Shown here: piece by piece, positions 23,640 through 36,055 of the stretch | How the letters are laid out: each line of letters begins with the position of its first letter | Position numbering within the stretch: the stretch's first letter is position 1 | NCBI RefSeq assembly: GCF_001194135.2 | Contig: NC_068983.1 | Location: 91,325,968-91,379,842, forward strand | Source of the DNA: Octopus bimaculoides | Taxonomy: Eukaryota | DNA: 53,875 nt | Reading direction: 5' to 3' | Position numbers and translations under genes: made by a program | Notes under the pieces: model-generated | What the model saw: only the letters and a program-made list of their open reading frames with translations | The model's database searches: none | Told to the model about the DNA's origin: nothing

Positions 23640-24019
23640 ACATTTCAGAGTGTTTGGGTGTCAATCTGAGGATATGTACTGAGAGTGATAAAACCTTTGG
23701 AGATATGCTGTGTTTGAGAAGACCTGGCAAGCCAAGTGAGACCATAACCATGGCCTATGCTAGTGTAGCAGAACCAGCCCATTTAAGAGTACCCTTCAAT
23801 CATTGGGCAATAAACTGCGCTTGTGAAGACCTGTTGAGGCAAGTGAAACCGTCGTGGCCGATGACTGAACCGCCTGATTGGCACCTGTGCCAGTGGCACG
23901 TTAAAAGCAACATTCAAGCATGATTCTTGTCAGTGCCGCCTGCCTGGCTTCTGTGCTGGTGACGCATAGAAAACATGATCCGAGTGTGGTTGTTGCCAGT
24001 GCCGCATAGAAAACACAAT
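23640..24019 (+). mobile_element. RTE LINE variant 3'UTR fragment
   Basis: GATATGCTGTGTTTGAGAAGACCTGGCAAGCCAAGTGAG and TGTGAAGACCTGTTGAGGCAAGTGAAA match the RTE stop region and 3'UTR at 10745-10890. Confidence 0.7.
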
Positions 24020-24379
24020 NNNNNNNNNNNNNNNNNNNNNNNNNNNNNNNNNNNNNNNNNNNNNNNNNNNNNNNNNNNNNNNNNNNNNNNNNNNNNNNNN
24101 NNNNNNNNNNNNNNNNNNNNNNNNNNNNNNNNNNNNNNNNNNNNNNNNNNNNNNNNNNNNNNNNNNNNNNNNNNNNNNNNNNNNNNNNNNNNNNNNNNNN
24201 NNNNNNNNNNNNNNNNNNNNNNNNNNNNNNNNNNNNNNNNNNNNNNNNNNNNNNNNNNNNNNNNNNNNNNNNNNNNNNNNNNNNNNNNNNNNNNNNNNNN
24301 NNNNNNNNNNNNNNNNNNNNNNNNNNNNNNATCCTGAATTCATAATACAAAAAAAAAATAATAATAATGATAATAATAA

Positions 24380-25560
24380 AAAACGAAAAAATTGATCACA
24401 TGTACAGTGTTGTTCTGTAAAAAGTTTAGGTTCATGTGCATTCACAAATGCAGCCAAGCCTGTGATGTCACAATTTGTCTCTTGATATTAAATCACTAAC
24501 TTGATCGTTTGTTTTTAGCAGTCCAGAGCCAGACGATTACAAATTTTTGCCTCCCATGGCCAAAACTTGATCCTCAATTTCAATAAGTGTTTTGTTAAAA
24601 ATTGCTTCAGAGAACTGAATATTGATATCTGGATTTGCCTGTTGAGCTGTATGCTATAAGTCCTCAGTCATGTCCTCACAATGTTTCATCCAAAGCTGTA
24701 GGGGACTGCCAAGTTGACACATGTTCAGTATAATTGCAAAAAAGGTTATGGAGCTTCCTTGGAGAATCTGATACTGATGCTTCAGTCAATGCAAGGTCCC
24801 AATGCTCATCAATTTCTATAAAAAACCTTGTTGATAGCATGCTTCACATACATGGCCATTTACCCTTCTCGAATCTTGGAATGATTTGGGACCATGTACT
24901 TCATGCAAAAGGAGCCGTAAGTAGTAGCATTCTGCTTGGCTTGGGGGAACACTAAACTCTTGCAACAGCATCAGCCCATTTCCTCTTGTGCCATTCATTG
25001 TTTTTCCAAGTGTAATACTTGGGTATTTGTGGGTAAAGGAGTTTTCTTGCATCTTCATCTACTTGTCACAACTTAAAAAAGGCAGTAAGGGTAGTTTCTT
25101 TTGGAGAAAGTGCTTGTTGCAAGGCTATTTGCTTTGTAAAGATAACCCTGTGGTCATTCTCTAGATGAACACTCAGATGAATGATAGCTAGGTGCCTCTC
25201 ATGAATGAGAAAATTGAAGATGTGCCAAAAAGCTTCATTGGTACTGATGCATCTTCCTCTGTCATACTGTGCATCCTCGTCATTTTTATTTATCTGCTGA
25301 CTGCCATTCTGCATAAGAGTGTATGTTGCAGCATCTAAACCTTTGTTTATATATTTGCAAGCATACTTGATAGAGTTAACAGAGTTGCAAAATTCAATAT
25401 TGACTCTGGCTACCTGTACTGATCTTTGCTTCACTGTAGAATACTGATCATCTACATCCACCCGACACCTCTTGTAGTGATGAGAACATTGTTCTCGGAA
25501 ACTTTTTGGAAAATTAAGATGGGGTTTAAATGAAAAAATGAGTTGTGTGAATATCTTCAC
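24380..25560 (-). mobile_element. Helitron Rep/helicase relic (Rep C-terminus and inter-domain region)
   Basis: NIEFCNSVNSIKYACKYINKG..RCISTNEAFWHIFNFLIHERH..IHLSVHLEN..ETTLTAFFKL and YYLRLLLHEVHGPKSFQD. Confidence 0.85.
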
Positions 25561-25649
25561 AAGAGTGATTGAAATAGATGAAGATTGTGGAATGCTACAT
25601 GCATGCATGCACACACACATACAGTATCAAACATCAGATGAAATCGATG

Positions 25650-25658
25650 TGTGTGTGT

Positions 25659-25689
<31 letters not shown>

Positions 25690-25769
25690 GTAGTGTGTTG
25701 TCATGTATACGTACATACACAAGTATGCATACATCTTTTTTTTTGTAAGTATGCATGCATGTGTGTGTA

Positions 25770-25815
<46 letters not shown>

Positions 25816-25985
25816 TGTGTGTGTGTGTACCACTTAGATATCACTCTCTCTCTCTCTCTCACACACATACACATACATACAAAAAAGATGTATGCATATG
25901 TATTTATGCATGTACGTATACATGACAACACACTCCTTGACTAACTCTCTCTCTCACAAACACACACACATACATAAATGTATAC
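25650..25985. repeat. Fold-back inverted repeat made of unique and simple-repeat sequence
   Basis: AGTGTGTTGTCATGTATACGTACAT..ATGCATACATCTTTTTT (25692-25747) is inverted at 25878-25934, with (GA)n/(TC)n and (GT)n/(AC)n also mirrored. Confidence 0.8.
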
Positions 25986-26441
25986 AAACGTACATACAAA
26001 AACACACATGAGCGTGTGTGACTGACTTATGTGTGTGTGTGAGAGAAAGAGGGGGAGAGAGAACATTGCAAACAATGAATGGAATAACATAAAATGAATA
26101 AATTGTATAAATAAAAGCCTGTTAAAAAATATCTTGTACCAAATATTTAAATATGTGAACTTAGTAAATATTTCTTTCAGTAATTTAAAATTGTAGTTGT
26201 TTGCAAATGAAATTGGAAAATCTCGCTGTTGCTGCATCAGTACCAGAAGTTGACATTGAGAAACCTTTTTAAAGAAGTGAATGATATATAGAAAGCAATA
26301 TTATTTATTTTTAATAAAAAAAAAATATTGCTTTGAAGACCCTATTATATGTCAAATTATTCATGCATCCCAAGTATGGAAGCAATTTGCGCAGCCATTT
26401 TCGCATGAAAAGCAAATATACACACACACATAGGTCTATTT

Positions 26442-26480
<39 letters not shown>

Positions 26481-28149
26481 NNNNNNNNNNNNNNNNNNNN
26501 NNNNNNNNNNNNNNNNNNNNNNNNNNNNNNNNNNNNNNNNNNNNNNNNNNNNNNNNNNNNNNNNNNNNNNNNNNNNNNNNNNNNNNNNNNNNNNNNNNNN
26601 NNNNNNNNNNNNNNNNNNNNNNNNNNNNNNNNNNNNNNNNNNNNNNNNNNNNNNNNNNNNNNNNNNNNNNNNNNNNNNNNNNNNNNNNNNNNNNNNNNNN
26701 NNNNNNNNNNNNNNNNNNNNNNNNNNNNNNNNNNNNNNNNNNNNNNNNNNNNNNNNNNNNNNNNNNNNNNNNNNNNNNNNNNNNNNNNNNNNNNNNNNNN
26801 NNNNNNNNNNNNNNNNNNNNNNNNNNNNNNNNNNNNNNNNNNNNNNNNNNNNNNNNNNNNNNNNNNNNNNNNNNNNNNNNNNNNNNNNNNNNNNNNNNNN
26901 NNNNNNNNNNNNNNNNNNNNNNNNNNNNNNNNNNNNNNNNNNNNNNNNNNNNNNNNNNNNNNNNNNNNNNNNNNNNNNNNNNNNNNNNNNNNNNNNNNNN
27001 NNNNNNNNNNNNNNNNNNNNNNNNNNNNNNNNNNNNNNNNNNNNNNNNNNNNNNNNNNNNNNNNNNNNNNNNNNNNNNNNNNNNNNNNNNNNNNNNNNNN
27101 NNNNNNNNNNNNNNNNNNNNNNNNNNNNNNNNNNNNNNNNNNNNNNNNNNNNNNNNNNNNNNNNNNNNNNNNNNNNNNNNNNNNNNNNNNNNNNNNNNNN
27201 NNNNNNNNNNNNNNNNNNNNNNNNNNNNNNNNNNNNNNNNNNNNNNNNNNNNNNNNNNNNNNNNNNNNNNNNNNNNNNNNNNNNNNNNNNNNNNNNNNNN
27301 NNNNNNNNNNNNNNNNNNNNNNNNNNNNNNNNNNNNNNNNNNNNNNNNNNNNNNNNNNNNNNNNNNNNNNNNNNNNNNNNNNNNNNNNNNNNNNNNNNNN
27401 NNNNNNNNNNNNNNNNNNNNNNNNNNNNNNNNNNNNNNNNNNNNNNNNNNNNNNNNNNTGTGTGTGTGTGTGTGTGTGTAATGAATGAGTTTAAGGAAAA
27501 CAGAGAATAGAGAATATCCAATTTTTTTATTATGCAGCCATTAAAGTTTTTCTATTTTTGTCAACCTAATGTTTCTGCTGCTATTATGCTGAATCTTTTA
27601 GTGCATTATGATGCTACAATCCATCAAGGGTTTCATCGGGGCATTTTGGCTGTTATTTTGATTTCTTCAAAGTGACAAATAATTCCAACCGAAAAAATTT
27701 TTTTGTTTATTCAACCACTTGGTGGTATCATTCTAAAAATAGATCAAACTAACTTTTTGACCCTACTGTTCAAAGGGGGGAATTAACTACCATAAATGTA
27801 GTTCATACTACTATTCATCGCTTTTGAGATCTTAAGATCAATTTACTGCAATTAATGTTTGTAGCTTTGCCATCCCTAGTGCATTTGTTTACTATTTCTA
27901 CTACTCCATGACCATCCCTATAATTTTTGTTTTTACTATTGTTTATATCTTTATTGTTATTATTAATAATTATTAATAAAAGTAGGCATTTCTCAATTAT
28001 TGTTCATATAATGCAATTTAATTTTATGGCTATCCAATTAATTGGTTAGCATATTTTGTTCTATAATATATTTATTATCAGCTATATCAAATTAAGCTTT
28101 AGTTTTCATTACTAACTAACCCTATACTCTAGTTTTAATATTAATTATT

Positions 28150-29380
28150 ATGCAATTATTTGTACCTATTATACAAATGTTTAGTCTGATGGACACAACT
28201 TATTACTTTTTCATATCTGTGGTTAATTAATTTAAGTTTAGACGTAATAATCTGGTAAATTTCTTTGACAATTTGCACCTTTTACTCCCTCTACTGTATG
28301 GTCTTGCCTGGCTAATTATTTCCCAGATTAATGTATAGCCCTTTTTTTTATCGTTAATAGACCAAATTAGTTTATTTAAACTTGTGCTGTTTTCTTATTT
28401 CTTTCCCTAAATGTGTTTTCACGATTAGCTAGCCTTCTTTTTTATAATTTTCCGTAGCTCCTGTATACCTCCCCTTCTGAAGTAACCTTACATCTGTATA
28501 TAATTCAATTTTGCATTTAGAATCTAGAGGACATCACCTTTACTTGACACAGTCACACATTTTATTTCAAGGAATACTTACTATATCTTTACTTGCTAAT
28601 CTATTATAATTATTATTGTGTCTATAGCTTATGTTTTCTGAATTATCTTCACTATTTTGATTTTCAGGATTTAGAGTATTTTTCACTAATTTATGATTGT
28701 TGATGCTGTTATATATAACAGCTCTCCTATTACTATTATTACTATTATAACTATTGCTTTCTTTTAGTGCTTTGTGCTGCAATTATTTGTGCAATGTTCT
28801 TCGATTTACAGAAAGTCACTCTTATTCTGCGCAAATGAAATATTTTATAGTACTTATTATTCTTGGAAAAGTGTTTTAACTGCTGAATAAAATAATTTCA
28901 GGATATTATTGCTAATTTGTTTCCCCGAATGGTATCACGAACCGTTCTCTATTATCTTTAAATCCATTTTTATAGAAGTTAGTGCTTATTATGCATGGGG
29001 AATTGTTTTTATGTGATTTATTTAAACATTCCTTTTGTTTATTGTTTTTATTATGTTCTTTATTTTTATTATTGCTATGTTTTGTGAAAGTTTAGGATAT
29101 ATTTATATTTTTGCTATAGTATCTTATATCTGAGCTCTTTTTAATTCTATTTGATTTAATTATTATCAGTCCTTTTTTATTTTCTTCTTTTTGCTTCTTA
29201 TCTATTTTATGAACCACTTTTCCTTCAATATCTTTATAGTTTCTGTTTACTTTATTGCCATCATTTTTATGCTCATTTGGCATATTACTCTCGTTTTCAG
29301 AATCTATGTTTGGTCTGTAGAATTTTAATTTTTGTTTGTATCCATTCGTATTAAGTGCTAAGTTAGAGTAATCTTCATTT
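28150..29380 (-). mobile_element. Penelope-like element: linker and GIY-YIG endonuclease relic
   Basis: Minus translation gives ALNTNGYKQKLKF, KHFSKNNKYYKIF, CDC..CPLDSKCK, KRRLAN.ENTFRE, SLNKLIWSINDK and SKRCKL, the layout of a PLE endonuclease with many stops. Confidence 0.7.
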
Positions 29381-29384
29381 TGTT

Positions 29385-29600
29385 TAAATGTCTCCTTGTT
29401 GGCTGAGAGATTTGAAATTCTTATTGAAATATTTTCTACTAAATTTTCCTGTGATACTTACAATTGAAAAAGAGCACAACTCCATCAACTTCTTTGATAT
29501 TAACCTAGATCTTAAAGTAGGTAAATATAAACCCTACCATAAAACAAATACTAATTTAAAATACATAAATAAAATAGTAATCATCCAGGAAAATTAATAG
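29385..29600 (+). mobile_element. Penelope-like RT C-terminal fragment, inverted relative to the adjacent PLE piece
   Basis: SINFFDINLDLKVGKYKPYHKTNTNLKYINK. Confidence 0.7.
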
Positions 29601-29609
29601 AAAATATTA

Positions 29610-31875
29610 AAAAAAAAAAAAACTGTAAATGCCACCTGTCCCCAAAAGAGCACTGAAAGCAGCAATGGCTACAATGAGAACAGTCAAAGCAGGAGTGTGG
29701 TAAGAAATAGAGGCAGACAAACAAGCAATGCAGCCAGAAAAAGTGATGTTCTCAAGACCAAAACTAAAAGAAAAGGCAAGAACAAAGACAAAAATCCAAA
29801 ACGCCAAAAGGGAAAATGAAGAAGCACAAGAATAGAAACTGATAGAACCCAGGTTGTACATAAATTTTACTTAAATGGCACCTGCTGGTATGGAGAAAGG
29901 GGAGAGGGCTGCAGCTTTGCCCATCCTAAATCTTATCAGAACAAGCAGGGTAATCACCTGAAACAAAACCAGCAAAATCAGAGAATGAAATCATCAAGCA
30001 TGGACCTGTAGGCTAATAATGCACCAACAGGTCTAAAAAGAGTAGGAAAAGAGATCAGCATATGCACTCTTGAAAGACAATATGCAGAGGATGTATGAAC
30101 TGCAGCTGTCAAACAACAGACTCTTTTGAACATGGCCCAGAAGATAGTAGAGCAGCTGACATGGATGCACAGAATGCAAACTCAAAGCCATGCATTTCAG
30201 TGCACAAGACTGCTCCAGGTGCCAGACCCAGGATGGCCACCACTAACACCAGTAACACCTACTCATATATTGCAGCTATATTCCTATTGAACATTGGGTG
30301 GTCTGCTAAAACTCATCAACAGAGGTAAAATTCTCTATCTAAAAGAGCTTGCTGCATGCAATGAAGCAATATGCATGGCACTCGCTGAATTACATCTAAT
30401 GTAACATGTGGAAATACACATACCAGGGTATGCTGTATTTTGTACAGACAGAAGAAGCAAAAGTCACAGAGGAGTTGCTATGTACATCAGCGAAGATGTC
30501 ACACTCTTGTACTACTGTCACATTCAAACTCAGTTTGCAACACCTTAATAATACATATAAAGCAAGTTGATGTATTTGTATGCACACTATATTGTTTGCC
30601 AAATACCATGAAACATGATGGCAAATTTGAGGATAACCTCGGTCACACAGAAGAAAACCTAGATCAGCACATTAATATATTCCTTCTGGGTGACTTAACC
30701 TCCCAAATGTTAAATGGCTGGAAGGCCACATTCTCTCTGGGATGTAACTACATGAACAAAAGCATGTAGATTCATGACTGAAACTCTCTAATATGCTGTT
30801 CAAAGAACAAGAGATAAACCAACCAGGGCAAACAACATCTTGGAACTCTGCCTCACAAATAATGTAGACCTTATCCATAATGTGAGAGTAATTCCAACAG
30901 CACTCTCAGACCACAACATTGTTGAACTATTTATGATCCAAAGCGAACTGCTGGTATCCACATGAATACCCAACCTGAATTTCAGTGAACTGCTGGTATC
31001 CACCTGCCATACCCAACCTGAATTTCAAGAAGGCAAAATGGGAATCAATTCACAAACAGATCCACAAACGAAACTGGTCCAACATCCTATGTATGCAAGG
31101 CATTGACTTGAAACTTAGTCAGTTTTATGTCAACAGTGCAAACTACAAGCACTAAATATACCTCAGAAAGGATGGTCAGCATACCAACAAAGAAGATTCC
31201 CAGGGACAGAAAAATGCTTATGAGATGCAGATTAAAGGTCTCAAACCAGTTGAATAGGTAACCTAAGGACAGGGAGAAGTCTATTTTAATACGGACACAC
31301 CTAGGAATCAAAAGCAAGATCAAACTCTCTCATGAAAAAAGAAGAGCAGAGCTGTGGAATGCATAAAAACAAATGCTAAAGCTTTCTATAAATTTGTAAA
31401 AGAAACAGCCACAACACAATATAAAATAGGACCCCTGTTCCAAAGGAATGGCTCACTGAGTGCAGACCCAGAGAGGATAAGTAAGGTACTCAGTGAACAA
31501 TTTAAAAGTGTCTTCACCTCCCCTCTGTGACACATGCAGATAAAAAACCTGGCTGAATTCTCTAATATTGCAGCTCTAAAAAAGGAGCCAACCATCGATT
31601 ACATCAACATTGAAGAGACAAATGTAAGATAAATGAAATGAGATCAAGATGGCTTCCCAGTTATTGTCCTGAAGTATTGGAAACAGTCTTTAACAAAACC
31701 ACTTCATATACTTTTCCAGAGTTTCCTTGCAAGGGGTAAACTTCCTAAAAAGCTAAAAAAAGGGCATTATATGCCCTATCCACAAAGGTGGAAGCAGGAG
31801 AGAGGCCAAAAACTACAAGCCGGTCTCTGACTTCACATATCAGTAAAGTCATGGAGCAAATCATTAGAGTTTTAT
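29610..31875 (+). mobile_element. CR1-like LINE: ORF1 relic, APE endonuclease and RT N-terminus (3' truncated)
   Basis: ORF1 has KFYLNGTCWYGERGEGCSFAHPK (CCCH-like). APE motifs EIHIPGYAVFCTDRRSKSHRGVAMYI and SDHN. RT start GIIMPIHKGG..NYKPV.LTSHISKVMEQII. Confidence 0.8.
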
Positions 31876-32236
31876 TCACAATGTCTTCCCATATTTTGTT
31901 AGTTTACAATAACTTTCATATCTTTCTGCAGTCCAGTTGTTCCCTTTTCCCTGTCTCCTTATTTTGCAATTGAGTTCTCGGAGCTGGCTGACCTTCCTGT
32001 TTCTTTGTAATACACTCACCCAAACCCATGCCCACCACCTATATCAGAAATCTCCTCTCTTACACCAGAAATCCCCCTTCTCTTATACTGGTGATTCCAT
32101 TCAAGGCTCTGTTCCTGCACCAACACCAGTATGGGAAACCTCTCCTCTGTACCAGATGATTCTTTCATTTAATTTAAGCTTTGACCTATTTATGTCTGCA
32201 GTAATAACGCCTAATAACAAACCTTGTACTACATTC

Positions 32237-32522
32237 ACTAAAGCCTGTGAGTGGATTTGGTAGACAGAAACTGAAAGAAGCTCTTCACGTGTATATATAA
32301 ATATATGTGTATGCATTGATATCACACGATAGTTGTAAATGAGTGCTATTGTCATGTTAGCAGTGTCCTTTGTTTCCAACATTCTGTGAAAACCTACCTG
32401 GTCATGCAGAAATATTACTTTACTTGGGAGAAGGTGAGGGCTGGCAACAAGAAGGGCACACAGCATAAGAAATCTACCAAATCCATGCAAGCATGGAAAG
32501 TGGATGTGAAAATGATGATGAG
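32237..32522 (+). mobile_element. SINE variant: SINE body joined to an RTE-like 3' tail
   Basis: AAAGCCTGTGAGTGGATTTGGTAGACAGAAACTGAAAGAAGC (SINE body), later AAGAAGGGCA...CCATGCAAGCATGGAAAGTGGATGTGAAAATGATGATGA (RTE tail-like). Confidence 0.65.
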
Positions 32523-32730
32523 ATATATGTATATATCATCATCATTTAATGTCCACTTTTCCGTGCATGTACAGATTGAATAGATTTTGCTGAATTGGAC
32601 TGTCTATGGTCAAATGCAACTCTAACCTGCTTCCATGTAAGGTAATATTTCTCATGAGTGACCTATTTTCATGCTTGACAGGAAATGGACAATACACTTA
32701 CTTAGAACCATCATGCACACCCACAAACAA

Positions 32731-32882
32731 CAGGCTTCTTTCAGTTTCCATTCACCAAATCTACTCACAAGTCTTTGGTTGACCTAATGCTGAACTAAAA
32801 GACACTTGCCCTAGATGCTGCACTATGGGGCTGAATTCAAGATGGGAAGGAAGCTTCTTAACCACACAGCCATGCCTGTGTC
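32731..32882 (-). mobile_element. tRNA-derived SINE, 5' half
   Basis: Reverse complement resembles the head at 43060-43220 (CAGGCATGGCTGTGTGGTTAAGAAGCTT...GGGCAAGTGTCTTT). Confidence 0.7.
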
Positions 32883-35800
32883 TATTTATAGGGCAGATAG
32901 AAAGAGGCATAACTCCATTTTGGTATCCCACCACCTATTCTAATTCTTGTAACTTTTGAAAAATACACATTTTTTTCCAGAAATTTTGTAGATAAATTTT
33001 CAACAATGTAGATTGTGATTAAGTTGATAAAATTGAGAAAAATATTATATGTGTGAAATATCAACATTATGTAATCTACATTCTTAAAAATACATTTCAG
33101 AAAAATGTTATTTAAAAATATGCATGTTAATAAGAATTATATGGAGAGAAAATCAGGAAAGGGGGGGAAAATGATTTGAAACTTCACAGAAAAAAAACAT
33201 TAATGTTATCAATATAATCCTAATGTACACTGTAGAAAATTTACCTATGCAAAATTTCAATTAAAGAAATGAGCTTTTTTTTTTAGGAAAGTTACGAGGA
33301 AATAAATTTGATAGGGCACCAAACTAGTACCCCCCCACCAAAAAAAAACTTGGATTTTTTTAACAGACATTTGGAGATTCCACACACATAGTGTATACAT
33401 GTACTAAGGTTAAATAAACTGGCTTAATTATCATTTTCAAGTATATTTTACATTCAATAAAACACCATACATTAGAATTCTTCAAAACATTCCAGAATTC
33501 CAGAAAGTTTCCATGTGGTCTGTGTGTAACAGCTAGTTAGCTAATCATAGTAGAAGTGGAAGCATCACATGACTTGAAGAGCATCTGCTATATTGTTACA
33601 GTATGTAAAACTTTTCAATTGTTGAGAACTGAACAAGAAAAATAGCAGAAAATAACACTCATAAACATTTTATCATTCTTTCAAAATTTGCTTTCCTTTT
33701 CAATTAAAAGGAATTTTGGTTTTGTGAACAACTAAAAGAAAATCTAAACAGCTTATATGTAAACTGTAAACGAGTACATCATATTTACAATGTTTGGGCC
33801 AGATTATTTGAGTGAAACAAACATCACTCAACTGCATGTGTAAAGTCTTTTTCAATTAATTGTTTCATGAATCTACAAAATGGAAGAAACTAAGCAAGAA
33901 AAAGGTAAAAAGAACAGCAATTTTGAGAAAAGTAACATTTTAACTAATATGTGTATGGAATGATATTAAACATGGTGGCAAAAGTATACTTCTAAAGTTA
34001 CCCTTCATGTAACAGATAACACTGATATATATAATACTTAAAAGATTCTTGATTAACAATGAAGAAAATTGTGTTTATCTTCCATGCTATCTACCCCTCA
34101 ATACCCACTCAGCAGATTTAAACACTGTGGAATAACTGCCAGCCAACAAACCAGTGTACCATAACAATATAGTTTTAACAGGTTTCACTCTGTAGTACTA
34201 ACACAAGAATCAAAAAGAAAGTGATTAAAAGAAACAAAACCAAAAATCCAGTTAAAATTGTTTAAATAATGGTCTTTTAATTTCACAATGTGTGACAGTA
34301 TATTTGTTTTAATCACCTCATTTTGAAAATATTGAAGGTAATTTGATATTAAATATTATTTTTTAAATATATCTTTTGTTTTTGATGACGATACTGTTGT
34401 AAATAAAGGTGGTAGTGATATATTATATTCCATTTATGCTGTGATTTCGATTTTCTTTGTTTAGATAAAAAGATTCAAAGGTATCATTTTTCATTAATTT
34501 AAAACCTAATATTAACCAATATGATGAATAAAATAAATGTAACATGTGTTTCATATCTTCTTACAGTAACTCTAGCAGGCTTCACTCCTGAAGTTTATTG
34601 TCAGAAGTTACTCCAGAAATTTACCCTCTCTTCTTTGAACATACTTACAAAAGTAAAGTCACATCAGTTAGAAGTTTCATTTCCCCATGCATATAATGTT
34701 TATAGTTTAAGTTGGTGATTTTTAAAAAAATCCTAATATTTCAGAAATCTCAGTTTTTCAGTAAGAACCAGCTTGTAGAGTTAAGACATCAAAATCTGCT
34801 TGTGATAGGATGAATTTGATGCCCTAAGAGAGTGGAGAAGAAAGTAGTAGTAGTAGTAAGGACATTTTAAATATTTTGTTTCCCTGCAAGAAAAAATATT
34901 TGCATTAAAACCTAATTTTCATAAATTAACTACAAGAAATCAAAATATGAAGAAAAAAAAATCTAACAGAAAAACCCATGATAAAATATTCAATATTGTT
35001 TACATCAAAAGATATTATAGCACTTAGCTAGTTGGGAATTTATACAACATAATCATAATTTAAGGTGTCAGAGATAAAATTTACATAATTTTTTTTTATA
35101 ATTCAAGCTCTAATTTCTTGAAAACACCTTAGTATTATACATATGCACATGGTTATCAAAACCATGACACATCTTGAATGAAAACTATGACACATCTCTT
35201 TGCAAAGGCAATTGAGAGATCATATAACATGTAATTATGTGGCCAAGTCTTCACTTAAGTGGTTGCCTAAAATTGAAAAAGAGCTCCACAACAGTTTTAT
35301 GTTGTAAGAATAATACCAGAGGACTATGGCTTAACTTAGTGTATTCAAAAAACTTATTTCTCTCCCAAATTCTACTCTTAGTTGTATGCTCAACTCTGCA
35401 AGCTAACAACGAGGATTCTCATTGGGAAAGTTAAGTCACAATAGCTCAACGAGATCGAATTATACCAACTAGTTCAGTAGTTCACATTTCTGAATTCAAA
35501 TACAATTAAGACTGAGTTTTGTTTTCTAACCCACCCAGATTAATAAAATATCCATGAATAAAAAATAGTAGGATTAGGCCTACATTCATTTTACTAAAAT
35601 AGTCTTAGGTCTACAAATATAAATTAATATTATCATCATCGTACCTTCCTTATTCTTATATTTTACAATAAATTCATTATAGATTGCAAAAATAGAAAGA
35701 TAATTAAATAATATAAATATATCAAATACACTTTGTATTTTACATATATTAAAAAAAGGCAACGAAAAATATGACATTATTGTAAAAAAAGTTTATTAAA

Positions 35801-36032
35801 ATTGAAATAATCTGCCATTTTCAGGATACCTTTTCATTGACAAATACATTTCTTTAAATGGGCTTTTAGATATGAATTTTGATTCTAATAAGAAAAACAA
35901 AACTGTACAATGTGAAGTAAGTTGTCACTATCTCTATGCCTCTATTTTTTTTATATATATATATACATATATATATATAAAGGGATCTGGCCAGCAGATG
36001 GGGACACCGCCTTCACTTACATCTCAAGATTT

Positions 36033-36055
36033 TCATAACAAGTTGGAATCCATAT
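36033..36055 (-). CDS. BAP18: BAP18 probable terminal coding exon (DMDSNLL*)
   Basis: Acceptor TTTTCTTTGTCAG|AT ATG GAT TCC AAC TTG TTA TGA. Phase 1 matches the donor of exon 38752-38850. A GTAAGT donor follows at 36020, so the exon may span 36021-36055. The peptide is too short to confirm by homology. Confidence 0.55.

Noticed and set aside
23477-23640. Mariner-like terminal sequence (GAGGGCGCAATGAGTAAATTGTCGCC)
   Set aside because: No partner TIR or transposase codons found, so it is too short to call.
27490-27880. Probable unclassified repeat fragments (also 33010-33400, 44060-44560)
   Set aside because: They look repeat-like, but I could not define termini, TSDs or a second copy in the window.
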